From Candidatus Poribacteria bacterium (lineage in GTDB: Bacteria > Poribacteria > WGA-4E > WGA-3G), in assembly GCA_965205015.1 (NCBI GenBank), contig OZ242029.1:4704001-4768000 (forward strand): a stretch of DNA of 64,000 nucleotides. The letters run 5' to 3'. The notes under the pieces were generated by a model that saw nothing but the letters and a program-made list of their open reading frames with translations, had not been told where the DNA came from and did no database searches. A program made the translations under genes and the position numbers. How positions within the stretch are numbered: the stretch's first letter is position 1; the number at the start of each line of letters is the position of its first letter. Shown in pieces: positions 1-10,157 of the stretch.

Positions 1-1
1 A

Positions 2-424
2 TTGGGATTTGTCGTTGGCAATCCAACCGCTGTTGGCGCAGTCAAAGCAGTGAAAGACAATATCGATAACGGTTCACTCCGATCGCTTCAATTCGCTGGA
101 GCAAAAGCCCTCTCAATAGCAGACGAGGTTACACCCGCAATAAACGCAGTTTATCAAAAACGCAGAGATATGGTAGTGGATGCTCTCACAGATAGCGGAT
201 GGTCGATCGAGAAACCGAAAGCAACAATGTACGTTTGGGCACCGGTTCCTGAGCGTTTCAACGGTTCGAGTCGTGCCTTTGCAACGGCGCTGCTTGAGGA
301 GGCAGGTGTTGTGGTAACACCCGGTCTCGGATATGGACAGTGGAGCGAAGGCTACTTCAGAATCTCGCTTACGTATCCAGACGCAGTGATTGCGGAAGCA
401 ATTTCTCGGATTCGTGGTTTTTAA
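2..424 (+). CDS. Class I/II PLP aminotransferase, LL-diaminopimelate aminotransferase-like (C-terminal part; truncated by window start)
   Basis: PKATMYVWAPVP, GVVVTPGLGYG and EGYFRISL motifs typical of DapL-like class I/II aminotransferases. Confidence 0.75.
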   Translation: MGFVVGNPTAVGAVKAVKDNIDNGSLRSLQFAGAKALSIADEVTPAINAVYQKRRDMVVDALTDSGWSIEKPKATMYVWAPVPERFNGSSRAFATALLEEAGVVVTPGLGYGQWSEGYFRISLTYPDAVIAEAISRIRGF

Positions 425-433
425 ATGGTTATT

Positions 434-3400
434 ATGAAAAACGCCATTTTAATCTTTAGCATTATCTTTTTTTCGCTCCTTGTCTGTATTGAGACGGAGT
501 CTGAACAAATCCTTACCTACACTGTTGCCGATGGCTTGATAGGTCCCGTTGTCCCCGTTATTTTTCAGGACAGTCGGGGGAATCTGTGGTTCGGTTCCGA
601 TCGGGGTGGGGTGAGTCAATTTGATGGGACCCGGTTTGAATCCTACATTGGATCTCCGGACACTTCTGAGCACGCGCCCACATCCAATGTGGGGCCCGGT
701 GCTCTCCTCGGACAGACGCGACAAATCGTTGAAGATAAATGGGGACATATTTGGTTCCTCACTCAGTTCCCTTCCGAAAATTCAGGGAAGGTCAGTCGGT
801 TTGATGGGTCTTCGATTGATCTTATCGGCACAGGTAATTCGCTACTCGCTGACAAGCATGGTGATATATGGGTCGGTGAGAATCAGCAACTCACGAAGTA
901 CACCACTCCCGGCGTCCAACGGCTGCCCCAAGCACATCCAAACGAAATTATAGGTGAAGGTCTGCTCCGCTCAACGGATTTCACAATAAACGTTATCTTC
1001 GAAAGCGAAGACGGAACGATTTGGATCGGTGGGAGCGAAGGTGAAGAACAGCAGGGTGTCATACTCAGTTTCCGAGAGAATCGCTGGGTCCAGGATCCCT
1101 TAAGAGTCGAGGAGAGTGATGCCCCACGCGAGAAAACGGACGATGGAACACAGCGGATTCATCCAAATATTGGATTTACACGTTATGACTTATCAACTCT
1201 TAACGCTGTGAATGGCATCGAAGCCATCGGTGAAGATATCTCTGGAAACCTCTGGTTCGGTGGCTACAATCTTCTCTTACGTTTTGATGGAAAAGTGTTT
1301 GAGCCAATACTGCCTTTAACCCGGGGACACAGTGGATCCATAGGTAGCAGGCCCGCATCAATACAGAGGCTGGCATCAATCCGGAATGATACGCAAAATC
1401 GAGTCTGGTTCAGCGATGGACGCACTACAAGATGGTGGGACGGCTCCCAGCACGGAAACCTCCCCGGGTTTCTTGAACTTGAGGATGCCTGGGGACATCT
1501 ATGGTTTACCGACGCGATCGGCGCGCATGAGTATGATACCGACCTCACGCAAATGCCTGATCGTATCAATAGTGGACTCGGCATTGAGGGAATTCATACG
1601 ATTTATGAAGCCATAGACGGTAAACTGTGGTTTGGCCACGATAATGGGGTCACAGCCTTCGATCCAACACCTGCCATCAGCACACACGCGGGACTCGGCA
1701 CCAATAGGGTACGGATGATATTTGAGGACAGTCGAGGTTACCTCTGGCTGAGTGTGCCAGGAGGTGTTGCCCGTTATGATGCAGAATCCGAAGAGCTGAC
1801 GACACATATTTTCAGAGTCAGTTCAGTTCGCAATGATCCATCGTCCGGTTCCCAAATTGACGCCAGAACTATAGAACGCGTCCGGCCCTCTCGAACTGAA
1901 ATCGAAAAAATATTTGAAGTTGGGGGGCACGTCTGGTTTATTGACGAACCAGGGATAACCAGCAATTCCACGCGATTACGATATACATTCTTTCGGTACG
2001 CAAATGGAAAGTTCAGTCAAGTCTCTATTCCCATCCAAACCATAATTGGTCCTGGCGGGGAACGGTCAGATAGCGACACGAACGTTCTCATTCGCGAAGG
2101 AGAATATACATGGATGGCTTTTGGCGGACACATCTTCAAAGCGGACGCAGCAGGGTTATTACGGCTTACAAACACCGGCTTTCAGAGGATACTTTTTCAA
2201 GAAATCGGTCCGAGTACTATCCCGACTCCAATAGCTCCAATAGAGTTCGGGACAGCCCCCGTTACTGACTTGTACAGAGATCCAAACGACAGATTATGGG
2301 TGCATTTCGATAATGGAAAGGTCCTGCGCTATCCGAAAGAAATTAACACCACAATAACTCGCCTGAGTCAACCTGAAATCTTGCCTCTTAAAGCGACACA
2401 GTTATTAAAAACCGCATCAGGCAGCAAATGGTTCTTTAACGCGGTAACTGGAAAATTGACACTTTGGAGTGACACTGAACTCGGTAGCCCGCTTTCGCTT
2501 GACGGGGAGTCCAGTTCTGCCCCGATCGCTGTTTGGAAAGATGCGAGCCAGCAAAATAACCGAGTAACTTTCCTCTTCTCAGATGCTCTTAAGACATATC
2601 ACGGCACATCACTCATTTCTCTTGAGGACATTGAAATCGCTGAAGTACAAGACTCTTTGACCACCCAAGAAGGCGTCCTCTGGTTAGCAACATCTCGCGG
2701 GGCAGTCCACTATGACGGAAAAAGAGCCAGAATCTACACAACAAAAGAGGAGGGATTTCTCGTTGACAATGTGAAAGATGTCATGGAAGATAGCCGTGGA
2801 AATATATGGTTCGCGACCTGGGGCGGCGGTACTGTCCGATATGACGGTGAAACCTTTTATAACCTCACCACAAAAGATGGTCTCACCCATAACAATATCT
2901 CGAGAATTCATGAATCTGCTAATAAAGATATTTGGTTTACAACCGAAGGCGGCGTCACACAATATACACCCACACGCGGTGGGTTGCCAGAATGTCGACT
3001 GACCTCCCTTGAATCTGATAAAATTTACACCGATCTTTCCTCCAGTTTAACGCTACCGTCGCGTGGAACGAAGATATTAAATATCCAAGGTATCAGTCCA
3101 CTCCGAGAAGGGCTTTCCTATCGCTTTAAATTAATTGGGCTGGACACCCCCACATGGATGAATGTTTCGGCAGAAGAGTTCTCGCTTCTGGCAACAGGTT
3201 CCGCGGGACCCTCCGACGAATGGACCCCTCATACTGCCTCCGTATCGACAACGCAACATCCCATGCGCGACAGTGGCGTTGTCCAAGAGCTCCAAAATCG
3301 AAACGGGATTCTGCGTATCCAATATACAGGGCTTAAAGCGGGCAATTACAGCTTCCTCGTCACGGCATTCCGTAAAGACTGGCCCTATACACACACACCG

Positions 3401-4300
3401 GCAGTGGTGGATTTTAGCATATCACCACCGCTCTGGACGCGTTGGCGAACATATCTTCCGACACTCATCTTTATGACCGTCGTTCTAACCCTCATTGGTC
3501 GGCTGGTCGTAAATCGCCGCCACACCTTACAACTGCGGAATGAAGTGCGTCAAAGGGAAGAAGCGGAGATGCAGCGTATCCGTGCCGAACTGAGTGAAGC
3601 GCAAAATATTCAGATGGGACTCCTGCCTACGGAAGCCCCTGACACGAAGGGGTTTGATGTCGCAGGAATGTCGGTCCCTGCTACACAAGTCGGTGGCGAC
3701 TTCTACGATTACCTTACCGTAGCGAACGGACAGACCGCCATCGCGGTCGCAGACGCCGCCGGAAAGGGGTTAAGAGGCGCAATGAACGCCGTGCTAACGA
3801 ATGGAATGCTATATGAAGTCTCGCGTTTTAAGTCCGAAGCGGACATCATCCTTACCGACCTCAATTCAGGGTTAGCACCCCGCATGTACGGACCGAGTTT
3901 CATCGCTCTCAATCTCGCTGTCCTTGATGAAAATGAGAAACGGGTTAACTATGCGAATGGTGGACAACCCTATCCTGTTCTTAAGCGGGGGGCAGAGATC
4001 ATTGAAATTGAGAATAGCGATCTTCCACTTGGCAGTATGAAAAAGGTAGAATATGAGTCGGTTACCTTCGATTTAAATGAGGGGGACATCCTAATTTTTC
4101 ATAGCGATGGACTTATTGAGGCACTCAATACAGACGAGGAAATGTATGGAACGGAACGTTTAAAGGAATCAGTTTCAAAAATTCCGGATAGTTTCACAGC
4201 AACAGAAGTCATTGAAAGTCTCGTTGAAGATGTTCGCAACTTCGTCGGCGAAGCGGAGCAATACGACGATATGACGATCGTTGTTATCAAAATCCCTTAA
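434..4300 (+). CDS. Membrane sensor phosphatase: signal peptide, two-component-regulator beta-propeller repeats, Y_Y_Y-like domain, TM helix, coiled coil, SpoIIE/PP2C domain
   Basis: Repeated DSRGNLWF/EDSRGNIWF blades; YTGLKAGNYSF; TM LIFMTVVLTLIG; PP2C motifs GGDFYD, DAAGKG, HSDGL, QYDDMT. Start 425 or 434. Confidence 0.85.
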   Translation: MKNAILIFSIIFFSLLVCIETESEQILTYTVADGLIGPVVPVIFQDSRGNLWFGSDRGGVSQFDGTRFESYIGSPDTSEHAPTSNVGPGALLGQTRQIVEDKWGHIWFLTQFPSENSGKVSRFDGSSIDLIGTGNSLLADKHGDIWVGENQQLTKYTTPGVQRLPQAHPNEIIGEGLLRSTDFTINVIFESEDGTIWIGGSEGEEQQGVILSFRENRWVQDPLRVEESDAPREKTDDGTQRIHPNIGFTRYDLSTLNAVNGIEAIGEDISGNLWFGGYNLLLRFDGKVFEPILPLTRGHSGSIGSRPASIQRLASIRNDTQNRVWFSDGRTTRWWDGSQHGNLPGFLELEDAWGHLWFTDAIGAHEYDTDLTQMPDRINSGLGIEGIHTIYEAIDGKLWFGHDNGVTAFDPTPAISTHAGLGTNRVRMIFEDSRGYLWLSVPGGVARYDAESEELTTHIFRVSSVRNDPSSGSQIDARTIERVRPSRTEIEKIFEVGGHVWFIDEPGITSNSTRLRYTFFRYANGKFSQVSIPIQTIIGPGGERSDSDTNVLIREGEYTWMAFGGHIFKADAAGLLRLTNTGFQRILFQEIGPSTIPTPIAPIEFGTAPVTDLYRDPNDRLWVHFDNGKVLRYPKEINTTITRLSQPEILPLKATQLLKTASGSKWFFNAVTGKLTLWSDTELGSPLSLDGESSSAPIAVWKDASQQNNRVTFLFSDALKTYHGTSLISLEDIEIAEVQDSLTTQEGVLWLATSRGAVHYDGKRARIYTTKEEGFLVDNVKDVMEDSRGNIWFATWGGGTVRYDGETFYNLTTKDGLTHNNISRIHESANKDIWFTTEGGVTQYTPTRGGLPECRLTSLESDKIYTDLSSSLTLPSRGTKILNIQGISPLREGLSYRFKLIGLDTPTWMNVSAEEFSLLATGSAGPSDEWTPHTASVSTTQHPMRDSGVVQELQNRNGILRIQYTGLKAGNYSFLVTAFRKDWPYTHTPAVVDFSISPPLWTRWRTYLPTLIFMTVVLTLIGRLVVNRRHTLQLRNEVRQREEAEMQRIRAELSEAQNIQMGLLPTEAPDTKGFDVAGMSVPATQVGGDFYDYLTVANGQTAIAVADAAGKGLRGAMNAVLTNGMLYEVSRFKSEADIILTDLNSGLAPRMYGPSFIALNLAVLDENEKRVNYANGGQPYPVLKRGAEIIEIENSDLPLGSMKKVEYESVTFDLNEGDILIFHSDGLIEALNTDEEMYGTERLKESVSKIPDSFTATEVIESLVEDVRNFVGEAEQYDDMTIVVIKIP

Positions 4301-4302
4301 TA

Positions 4303-4340
4303 GTTGTCAGTTATCGGTTATCAGTCTTCAGTTAAAGAGG
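4303..4340. repeat. Heptamer-arm intergenic repeat (GTTRTCR)n-GTTAAAGAGG, left arm
   Basis: gttgtca gttatcg gttatca gtcttca gttaaagagg; related copies at 13747, 43089, 44224 and 51452. Confidence 0.7.
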
Positions 4341-4380
4341 GAACTGAAAGTCTGCGTAGCATGCAAACTGACAAGCATTC

Positions 4381-6300
4381 CTAAGCCCCCATGAACTCAA
4401 TAACTGTTTGCCGATACTCTTCAGGGAGCCCAATGTCAAACCGTCGTCCTTTGACGATATATCCAGAAAATCCGTCCGCCTTTCGTAATTCGTCTAAACA
4501 GGATGTCAGTTGAAATTCGCCGCGCTCCCGGAGATTATGGGTGATATTTCGTTCCAGAAACTCGAAAATCTGAGGTTGTAGCACATAAATACCGAACACC
4601 GTCAAGAACTGGTCCATATCCATCCCATCTACGTGCAAATGTTCCATGGCATACTCAGGATCGGGTTTCTCATAAATCTCCGTTAGCGAAAGTAGGGAAT
4701 TTTCCTCTCTCCATGTGCCAGTGACACAACCGAAGTTCGACAACTGCTCGATCGGTGTCACTTTCAGCCCGACGACGCTATGCCCTACCTGCTCATAAGC
4801 CTCTACGACCTGTCGTGCACAACATCTCTCCTCATCCGAACCGTAGAGATGGTCTCCGAGCATGAGCAGAAACGGCTCGTTCGCGACCCATTCTTTTGCA
4901 CAATAGACGGCATGCCCGAACCCCTCTTGAACGTCCTGTGTGACGAACGTCACTCGACTCCCTAATTCCAGCAGTGCGTCGCAATACGCCTGGTTCTCCT
5001 TGCTGAGCTTATTATAGTGTTCAATCCGCGGGGGTGTCTTGAAAAATGATTCAAAAAGCTCGGTATCTCCGGGTTGGACGACAAGACAGATCTCCTCAAT
5101 GCCAGCGTTGATCGCTTCCTCAACGATTGCCATGATTGCTGGTTTGGCACGTCCAGACTTATCAATCACAGGAAAGAGTTCCTTCTTCATCGCCTTTGAG
5201 GCTGGAAAGAGTCGCGTTCCGAAGCCAGCGGCAGGAATAACGGCTTTTCGGACATGTCTCCCCGCCTCAATAACCAGTTTCAGGCACGACATCTGCAAAT
5301 CCCGTTCGATAATCTCAATGACCCGCTGTTGACTCTCCTCATCTTTTACAATGAATTGTGCCGAACCGTCGCCCTGCGAACCGACACCTTTACCACCCCA
5401 GATATACGGTTGAATCGGTTCATAATTGAGGACTTTATGGAGAACAGGCGCCGTCAATTGTGATGGACATGCGGGTATCAAGTGTTTATCGAATTCCGTT
5501 TGTGCGCGCGTCATGAGTTTACCGACTGCCTCTGCATCGCCATCGCGAAGGGCTTGGTACGCCTGCTGCGTAATTTCTGCGCTCAACGGACCGAGATAGT
5601 GTTGCACATTCTTTTCTAATTCATTTTCTGCAAATGGATAACAGTGATTTAATTGGCTCAATATCAGACGTGTATCTTTACTGGCACCGAGATCGACGAT
5701 TACCAGGTACATGTCGTGAGGCACACTGAAGTCTTTTACATCAATATGATCCCCATCAAACGTCATGAGAATAGGGCGTTGGTATGCACACCCTTGGTCC
5801 ATCCGTCCACAACGTGAAGGCGTTGTGGTCTCTCCTCGGTACGCATACTCCATTTCCCCGCGCGTTGTTAATTTCAGATCATAGGTACGATTGAAGGCGC
5901 GCGCCACCAGAACACTGATAGCCGCACTCGAAGACAACCCTTTTCTCACCGGTAAATCAGTGAGATAGTTGTCGATTTCCAATCCTTGCACGCGGTAGTT
6001 CGTTAGAATCTCATAGGCGACCCCAGCCGCATAACTAAAAAACTCACCTTTTTCAGCCTCAGCGAGAAGCGCACTTCGCTCCATGGGTAGGCTATAGGGA
6101 CCGTGGCGGGTACCATCGCTGAGGGTCGTTTTTAAAATCAGACGGTTCGGATGCGGTTTAACCTCGGCGTATACACCTTGGTTTGTGCTGGTTATTAACG
6201 TATAGCCCCTTTCGAGCTCCGCGTTACTTCGCCGGTGCCCGCCTGCCCAATCGCTGTGTTCGCCGAATAGGCAAATCCTTCCCGGCACAAAAAGTTTCAT
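4381..6300 (-). CDS. Bifunctional GHMP sugar kinase / GalU-like sugar-1-phosphate nucleotidyltransferase
   Basis: N-terminal GRICLFGEHSD, PVRKGLSSSAA, GRMDQ; C-terminal KAVIPAAGFGTRLFPASKAMKKELFP, QEGFGHAV, YEKP. Confidence 0.85.
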   Translation of the reverse strand: MKLFVPGRICLFGEHSDWAGGHRRSNAELERGYTLITSTNQGVYAEVKPHPNRLILKTTLSDGTRHGPYSLPMERSALLAEAEKGEFFSYAAGVAYEILTNYRVQGLEIDNYLTDLPVRKGLSSSAAISVLVARAFNRTYDLKLTTRGEMEYAYRGETTTPSRCGRMDQGCAYQRPILMTFDGDHIDVKDFSVPHDMYLVIVDLGASKDTRLILSQLNHCYPFAENELEKNVQHYLGPLSAEITQQAYQALRDGDAEAVGKLMTRAQTEFDKHLIPACPSQLTAPVLHKVLNYEPIQPYIWGGKGVGSQGDGSAQFIVKDEESQQRVIEIIERDLQMSCLKLVIEAGRHVRKAVIPAAGFGTRLFPASKAMKKELFPVIDKSGRAKPAIMAIVEEAINAGIEEICLVVQPGDTELFESFFKTPPRIEHYNKLSKENQAYCDALLELGSRVTFVTQDVQEGFGHAVYCAKEWVANEPFLLMLGDHLYGSDEERCCARQVVEAYEQVGHSVVGLKVTPIEQLSNFGCVTGTWREENSLLSLTEIYEKPDPEYAMEHLHVDGMDMDQFLTVFGIYVLQPQIFEFLERNITHNLRERGEFQLTSCLDELRKADGFSGYIVKGRRFDIGLPEEYRQTVIEFMGA

Positions 6301-6450
6301 CTTTTTAACTGTGGCCTCCTATTAACCCTCAACTCGCGCTTTGAATTGTCATTATCATTAGTTGTATTATATTCTGAAGTTCACCAATAAGTCAACAAAG
6401 CTTCTCATCAATACACGTCGCAAGAACGGAGATAGAGACACCCATAAAGT

Positions 6451-8868
6451 TCACGGCATGCGGTTTCGTGCCCACTGACATCTCTGTTTCCACTCTTTCG
6501 CCTTTAGGGTGGTCCCGAGGGGCAGTGTTCCATCTTCTGCTATCACAGAGAACGCCGCTGTCGCATTCACATAATCTCTCTGATGATACCCATTGATGCC
6601 CATCGTCCGCCATGCATCTAACACAAGACTTTGGTGTTGTTGGGGTGTCAATTGCGCTAACGATGATGCTTCGTGGAACCCCTTATCCGAGATCCGTGCT
6701 TCCTCTTGCAAGCGTGCGACCGCCCGGCGTAAGTACTGATTACTACTTTGCCACGCGCCTTCTCTATGCAGCAATTCACCCGCTAAGAGATACGCCAACC
6801 ACATATCAGGTTCCGTTTGCATACACATCGTTAGATACGCCATTTTCTCCCCAGAATCTTTAGACTCAACTAACACCCCACGGAGTAACTCGCGCAGAGA
6901 CCTATTTTCTTGCGTTGTTCCGTTCAACTCGGTATCCCATCCCACTGGAACGCCATCGGGATAAGACAATGCTGCAATCCGTTTGATACGCCTCCGCTCA
7001 ATTGTCCCATACTCTGTTTCAATCGCCGCATAAGTATTTATCGCCTGTTCATAGTCACCTCTCAGCCAATAAATGTCGCCCTTCAATAGCATCGCCTCTG
7101 GGCTGAACCGCGTGTCTTCCTTGCCGGCAATATGGGTCGCTAAGGATATCGCTTTATCATAATCCTGCCTTCGATATGCGGTGTACATTAAGCCCCGCAG
7201 TGTGCTCAAATTGTCGGGTTCCTCGGACAGCATTGTCTCAAAAGTTTGCACAGCAGTGGCAAAGTCCTTGCGGTAATATGCCTGCCAAGCGGTATCTCGC
7301 AATGCTGCCATTTCATGGGCACAGCCCTGTTCAAAAACACTTCTGCGTTTTAAACGGTATGCTGCGTAGGCGACATCATCATCTCGCAATGGAACCGTTC
7401 CCAAAAATTCAATCCACTCCGCTTCCAAGGCAGGTAAGTCTTTCGCGTAGGACTTTACAAAATTACCGGTCGGAAAAACGCCCTTAAATTTTTCTATGCC
7501 GTAGGTATCAACAAGAAACCGAACGAAGGAGCCTGCCAACAGATAACTCCGGGAACCGGCATGTCCCCAAAACCCAATCCCCATGATCCCTGACAAGGGA
7601 GGTGCGACCTCCATCTCCCGCATTGCTTTCGCCCATTGATGTCCTGTGAGTCTGCCTTCATCCCAATCCGCGGCGACTGCGATCCCTTCGTGGAGCCCTA
7701 TTTTCAGGCTCACCTTCAACGGTGACCACGGCACAGTAAAGACATGCGCCAACTCATGCTTCAGGACGGAATGTGGAAACCCCTGGTCATGAATGTGAAA
7801 CCCGTGTCCGAACGGGTCTTCGACGGATGTGCCGCGTGCCCCAATCAACCGCTTTTTCTGTTCAGGAGAGGCATAGATATACGCGCGGACCTTTCGAGAG
7901 TGCATCGTGCTTCCAGGATTGAGATAATCAGACAATTGGGCGTACTGAAATTCGCAATCTTCAGCGATCCGTTCAATTTCCGACTCCAGTTCACGTGCAT
8001 AGAAAATTTCAAAGTGTGCCGTTTCACGTAAGCCTCCGAGTTCGCGGGCGATATCGTCGCGCGTAGGTCGTATTCCCAACGCCCCTGCATAGAACTGGAG
8101 ACCGAGTAAACCAATGACTAACAGATATAACCACACACATCTGGCCGCCAGCGGACTGAAAAGCTTACGCCACCTCAACCGCGGCATCAATCCTGTCCCT
8201 CTGCTCACTTCACATAAACTGACGGTAACACCCAAAAATAGCAGTGCCCACAATAGGGTCTCCGCCCGTGCGATCAGCAGTGTATTTGTTATCGGAATGA
8301 CGAAATCGTAAATCGGTCCTGGGAAATACCCGAATGTCGCGTGATACGCAAACACCGGTGGATGAAATATTAGATTGATAACCACCGGAATACAAGAAAC
8401 CAAAAGATGACCAAGATAGGCGAGATATGCCAACCATCGTTTTTCAATCCAGAACCCAAAAAACACGCCTGCTGCGGTTGCATACACGCAACTTATTACG
8501 GACAAAAGTAAAAAAAAGAGGAATCCCTCACCGAAGTTACAGTTTTCGACGCGAAACGCATTCAACAGAATAATACCGAGCGATACCCCCAATAAACCTG
8601 CGTTAAATATCAGTGCTTCACAAAAACACCGCATGACGACCTGCCCGGGCGTACCGGTAATGGCACTCGGATGCCGTTTCATTTGCCGCAACACTGTCAG
8701 TGTTACGTGTGCACCGACGAAAGAGATACTCAGTGCCATGACGGCGCAAAACTCAAAGGCAAGGAGGTTAAACAACGGAATACTGGCAAGCACCAATGCG
8801 AATACGCCGAATGCAATGAACCACAACCAATATGAAAATGTCCTGTGAACCGTAAGTATTATGGGCAT
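6451..8868 (-). CDS. Multi-pass membrane protein with gluzincin-like (HExxH) peptidase domain and C-terminal TPRs
   Basis: About 7 hydrophobic N-terminal segments; LKHELAHV followed by LHEGIA; TPR-like helices AWQAYYRKDFATAVQTF and KGDIYWLRGDYEQA. Confidence 0.7.
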   Translation of the reverse strand: MPIILTVHRTFSYWLWFIAFGVFALVLASIPLFNLLAFEFCAVMALSISFVGAHVTLTVLRQMKRHPSAITGTPGQVVMRCFCEALIFNAGLLGVSLGIILLNAFRVENCNFGEGFLFFLLLSVISCVYATAAGVFFGFWIEKRWLAYLAYLGHLLVSCIPVVINLIFHPPVFAYHATFGYFPGPIYDFVIPITNTLLIARAETLLWALLFLGVTVSLCEVSRGTGLMPRLRWRKLFSPLAARCVWLYLLVIGLLGLQFYAGALGIRPTRDDIARELGGLRETAHFEIFYARELESEIERIAEDCEFQYAQLSDYLNPGSTMHSRKVRAYIYASPEQKKRLIGARGTSVEDPFGHGFHIHDQGFPHSVLKHELAHVFTVPWSPLKVSLKIGLHEGIAVAADWDEGRLTGHQWAKAMREMEVAPPLSGIMGIGFWGHAGSRSYLLAGSFVRFLVDTYGIEKFKGVFPTGNFVKSYAKDLPALEAEWIEFLGTVPLRDDDVAYAAYRLKRRSVFEQGCAHEMAALRDTAWQAYYRKDFATAVQTFETMLSEEPDNLSTLRGLMYTAYRRQDYDKAISLATHIAGKEDTRFSPEAMLLKGDIYWLRGDYEQAINTYAAIETEYGTIERRRIKRIAALSYPDGVPVGWDTELNGTTQENRSLRELLRGVLVESKDSGEKMAYLTMCMQTEPDMWLAYLLAGELLHREGAWQSSNQYLRRAVARLQEEARISDKGFHEASSLAQLTPQQHQSLVLDAWRTMGINGYHQRDYVNATAAFSVIAEDGTLPLGTTLKAKEWKQRCQWARNRMP

Positions 8869-8903
8869 CTTTTAAAAATTGACGATCGTGTTTAGTAATA
8901 TGC

Positions 8904-8949
8904 GGGCAGGCACAAGACCTGGGGAAACACCCAAGCAAAAACCCCCTAC
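8904..8949. repeat. REP-like palindrome (GGGCAGGCACAAGACCTG...CCCCTAC) interrupted by a 21-bp insert
   Basis: CTAC/GTAG end with imperfect palindrome; insert matches the reverse complement of 24391-24409. Confidence 0.55.
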
Positions 8950-9107
8950 AATGTCTTTTTTATAAACCTCGCCAGCGGCGTGTGGGTCGTCGGTCTTCCA
9001 TAGAAATTGCGTAAGTCCTATCTATTTTACTGAGATATCTCCACTATGTCAAGCAGAATTCCATCGACGGCTGATCACGGATCGCTGACTGCGATTACAA
9101 AATTTTC

Positions 9108-9136
9108 TTGCAGTTTTTGATAAAATGTGTTAAAAT
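9108..9136 (+). promoter_or_regulatory. Sigma70-like promoter upstream of pspA-like gene
   Basis: TTGCAG, 17 nt spacer, TAAAAT with extended TG. Confidence 0.5.
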
Positions 9137-9252
9137 ACGGTAATATGGGTATCTGGACGCGGTGTAAAGCCGCCAAGGGACCCCTGCATAACTCGCAAAT
9201 CCACTATAGGAAGACCGCGCTTCTCATGCGCACGCTCAACAGGAGAAATAAC

Positions 9253-10089
9253 ATGGCAAATGGATTCACACGATTTTTTAAGGCTATTTGGTACACACTG
9301 ACAGGAAAGGCACACGAATCCGCGGATAGAATGATGGAAAACCCCGAAGCCGTCAGAGGGGCTTACGAGGACATCATCAACGACAAAAAGGGGAATATCC
9401 AACGCTACAAGCAAGCGATCGGGCAACTTATCGCACTCGTTGAACAGAAGAGATCTACGGTTAAAAGCCTTACCGACGAAGTCGAGCGGTTGGAAGAACT
9501 AAAATCAGGAGCCATCGCCAAGGCACAGCAGACTGCTGCCCAATTACAAGGTGAAGGACTCTCACAGGAAGAAATCAAGGTGCACGGTGAATATACGCGA
9601 TGCGTCACTGCTTATCAAGACTTCAATTCCAACTTGGTGGAGAAAACCGGTCGGATCACGGAACTCGAAAACGAGATTGAAAGTGCGCAAGCTGATATTG
9701 AGTCGCACAAACTTCAGATTACCAGTCTCCATCGCGATTTAGATAAGATTAAGTCCGAACAGTCTGAGGCAGTGGCGGATCTGATTACTGCACGGGAGCA
9801 AGAGGAAATCGCCGATATGCTCTCCGGTATCAGCATGGACGGCACTTCCGCTGAATTGACCCGCATGCGCGAAATACGTGAGAAAGCCAAAGCGCGTTCA
9901 ACGGTTGCACAGGAGTTGGCTGGAACCGACTCAAAAAGCGAAGAGGAAGAATTCCTCACTGCAGCGCGTTCCTCTGCCACCAGTGACGAATTTGATGCCT
10001 TAATCTTCGGCGCACAGCAGACTGACGCAAAGATAGAGACGGAAACTCCTAAAAAGACAACAGATTCCGATTCTGAACTGCCAGTTTAA
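9253..10089 (+). CDS. PspA/IM30 (ESCRT-III superfamily)-like coiled-coil protein
   Basis: AGGAG RBS before ATG 9253; N-terminal amphipathic helix GFTRFFKAIWYTL, ENPE hinge, long coiled coils, RMREIREKAKARSTVAQEL region, acidic tail. Confidence 0.65.
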   Translation: MANGFTRFFKAIWYTLTGKAHESADRMMENPEAVRGAYEDIINDKKGNIQRYKQAIGQLIALVEQKRSTVKSLTDEVERLEELKSGAIAKAQQTAAQLQGEGLSQEEIKVHGEYTRCVTAYQDFNSNLVEKTGRITELENEIESAQADIESHKLQITSLHRDLDKIKSEQSEAVADLITAREQEEIADMLSGISMDGTSAELTRMREIREKAKARSTVAQELAGTDSKSEEEEFLTAARSSATSDEFDALIFGAQQTDAKIETETPKKTTDSDSELPV

Positions 10090-10105
10090 ACTGAGAGGTT
10101 TGTTT

Positions 10106-10157
10106 GTAGTGGCGCAATTCATTGCGCCTGGAGAGCGGCGATGAATCGCCTCACTAC
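10106..10157. repeat. Inverted REP doublet (GTAG...CTAC)
   Basis: GTAGTGGCGCAATTCATTGCGCC followed by GGCGATGAATCGCCTCACTAC. Confidence 0.7.

Noticed and set aside
9127-9252. N-terminal extensions given by the ORF track (also at 18210, 23347, 27019, 33493, 41572, 43109, 44358, 51527, 57298)
   Set aside because: A downstream ATG with a better RBS, signal peptide or domain start fits better in each case.
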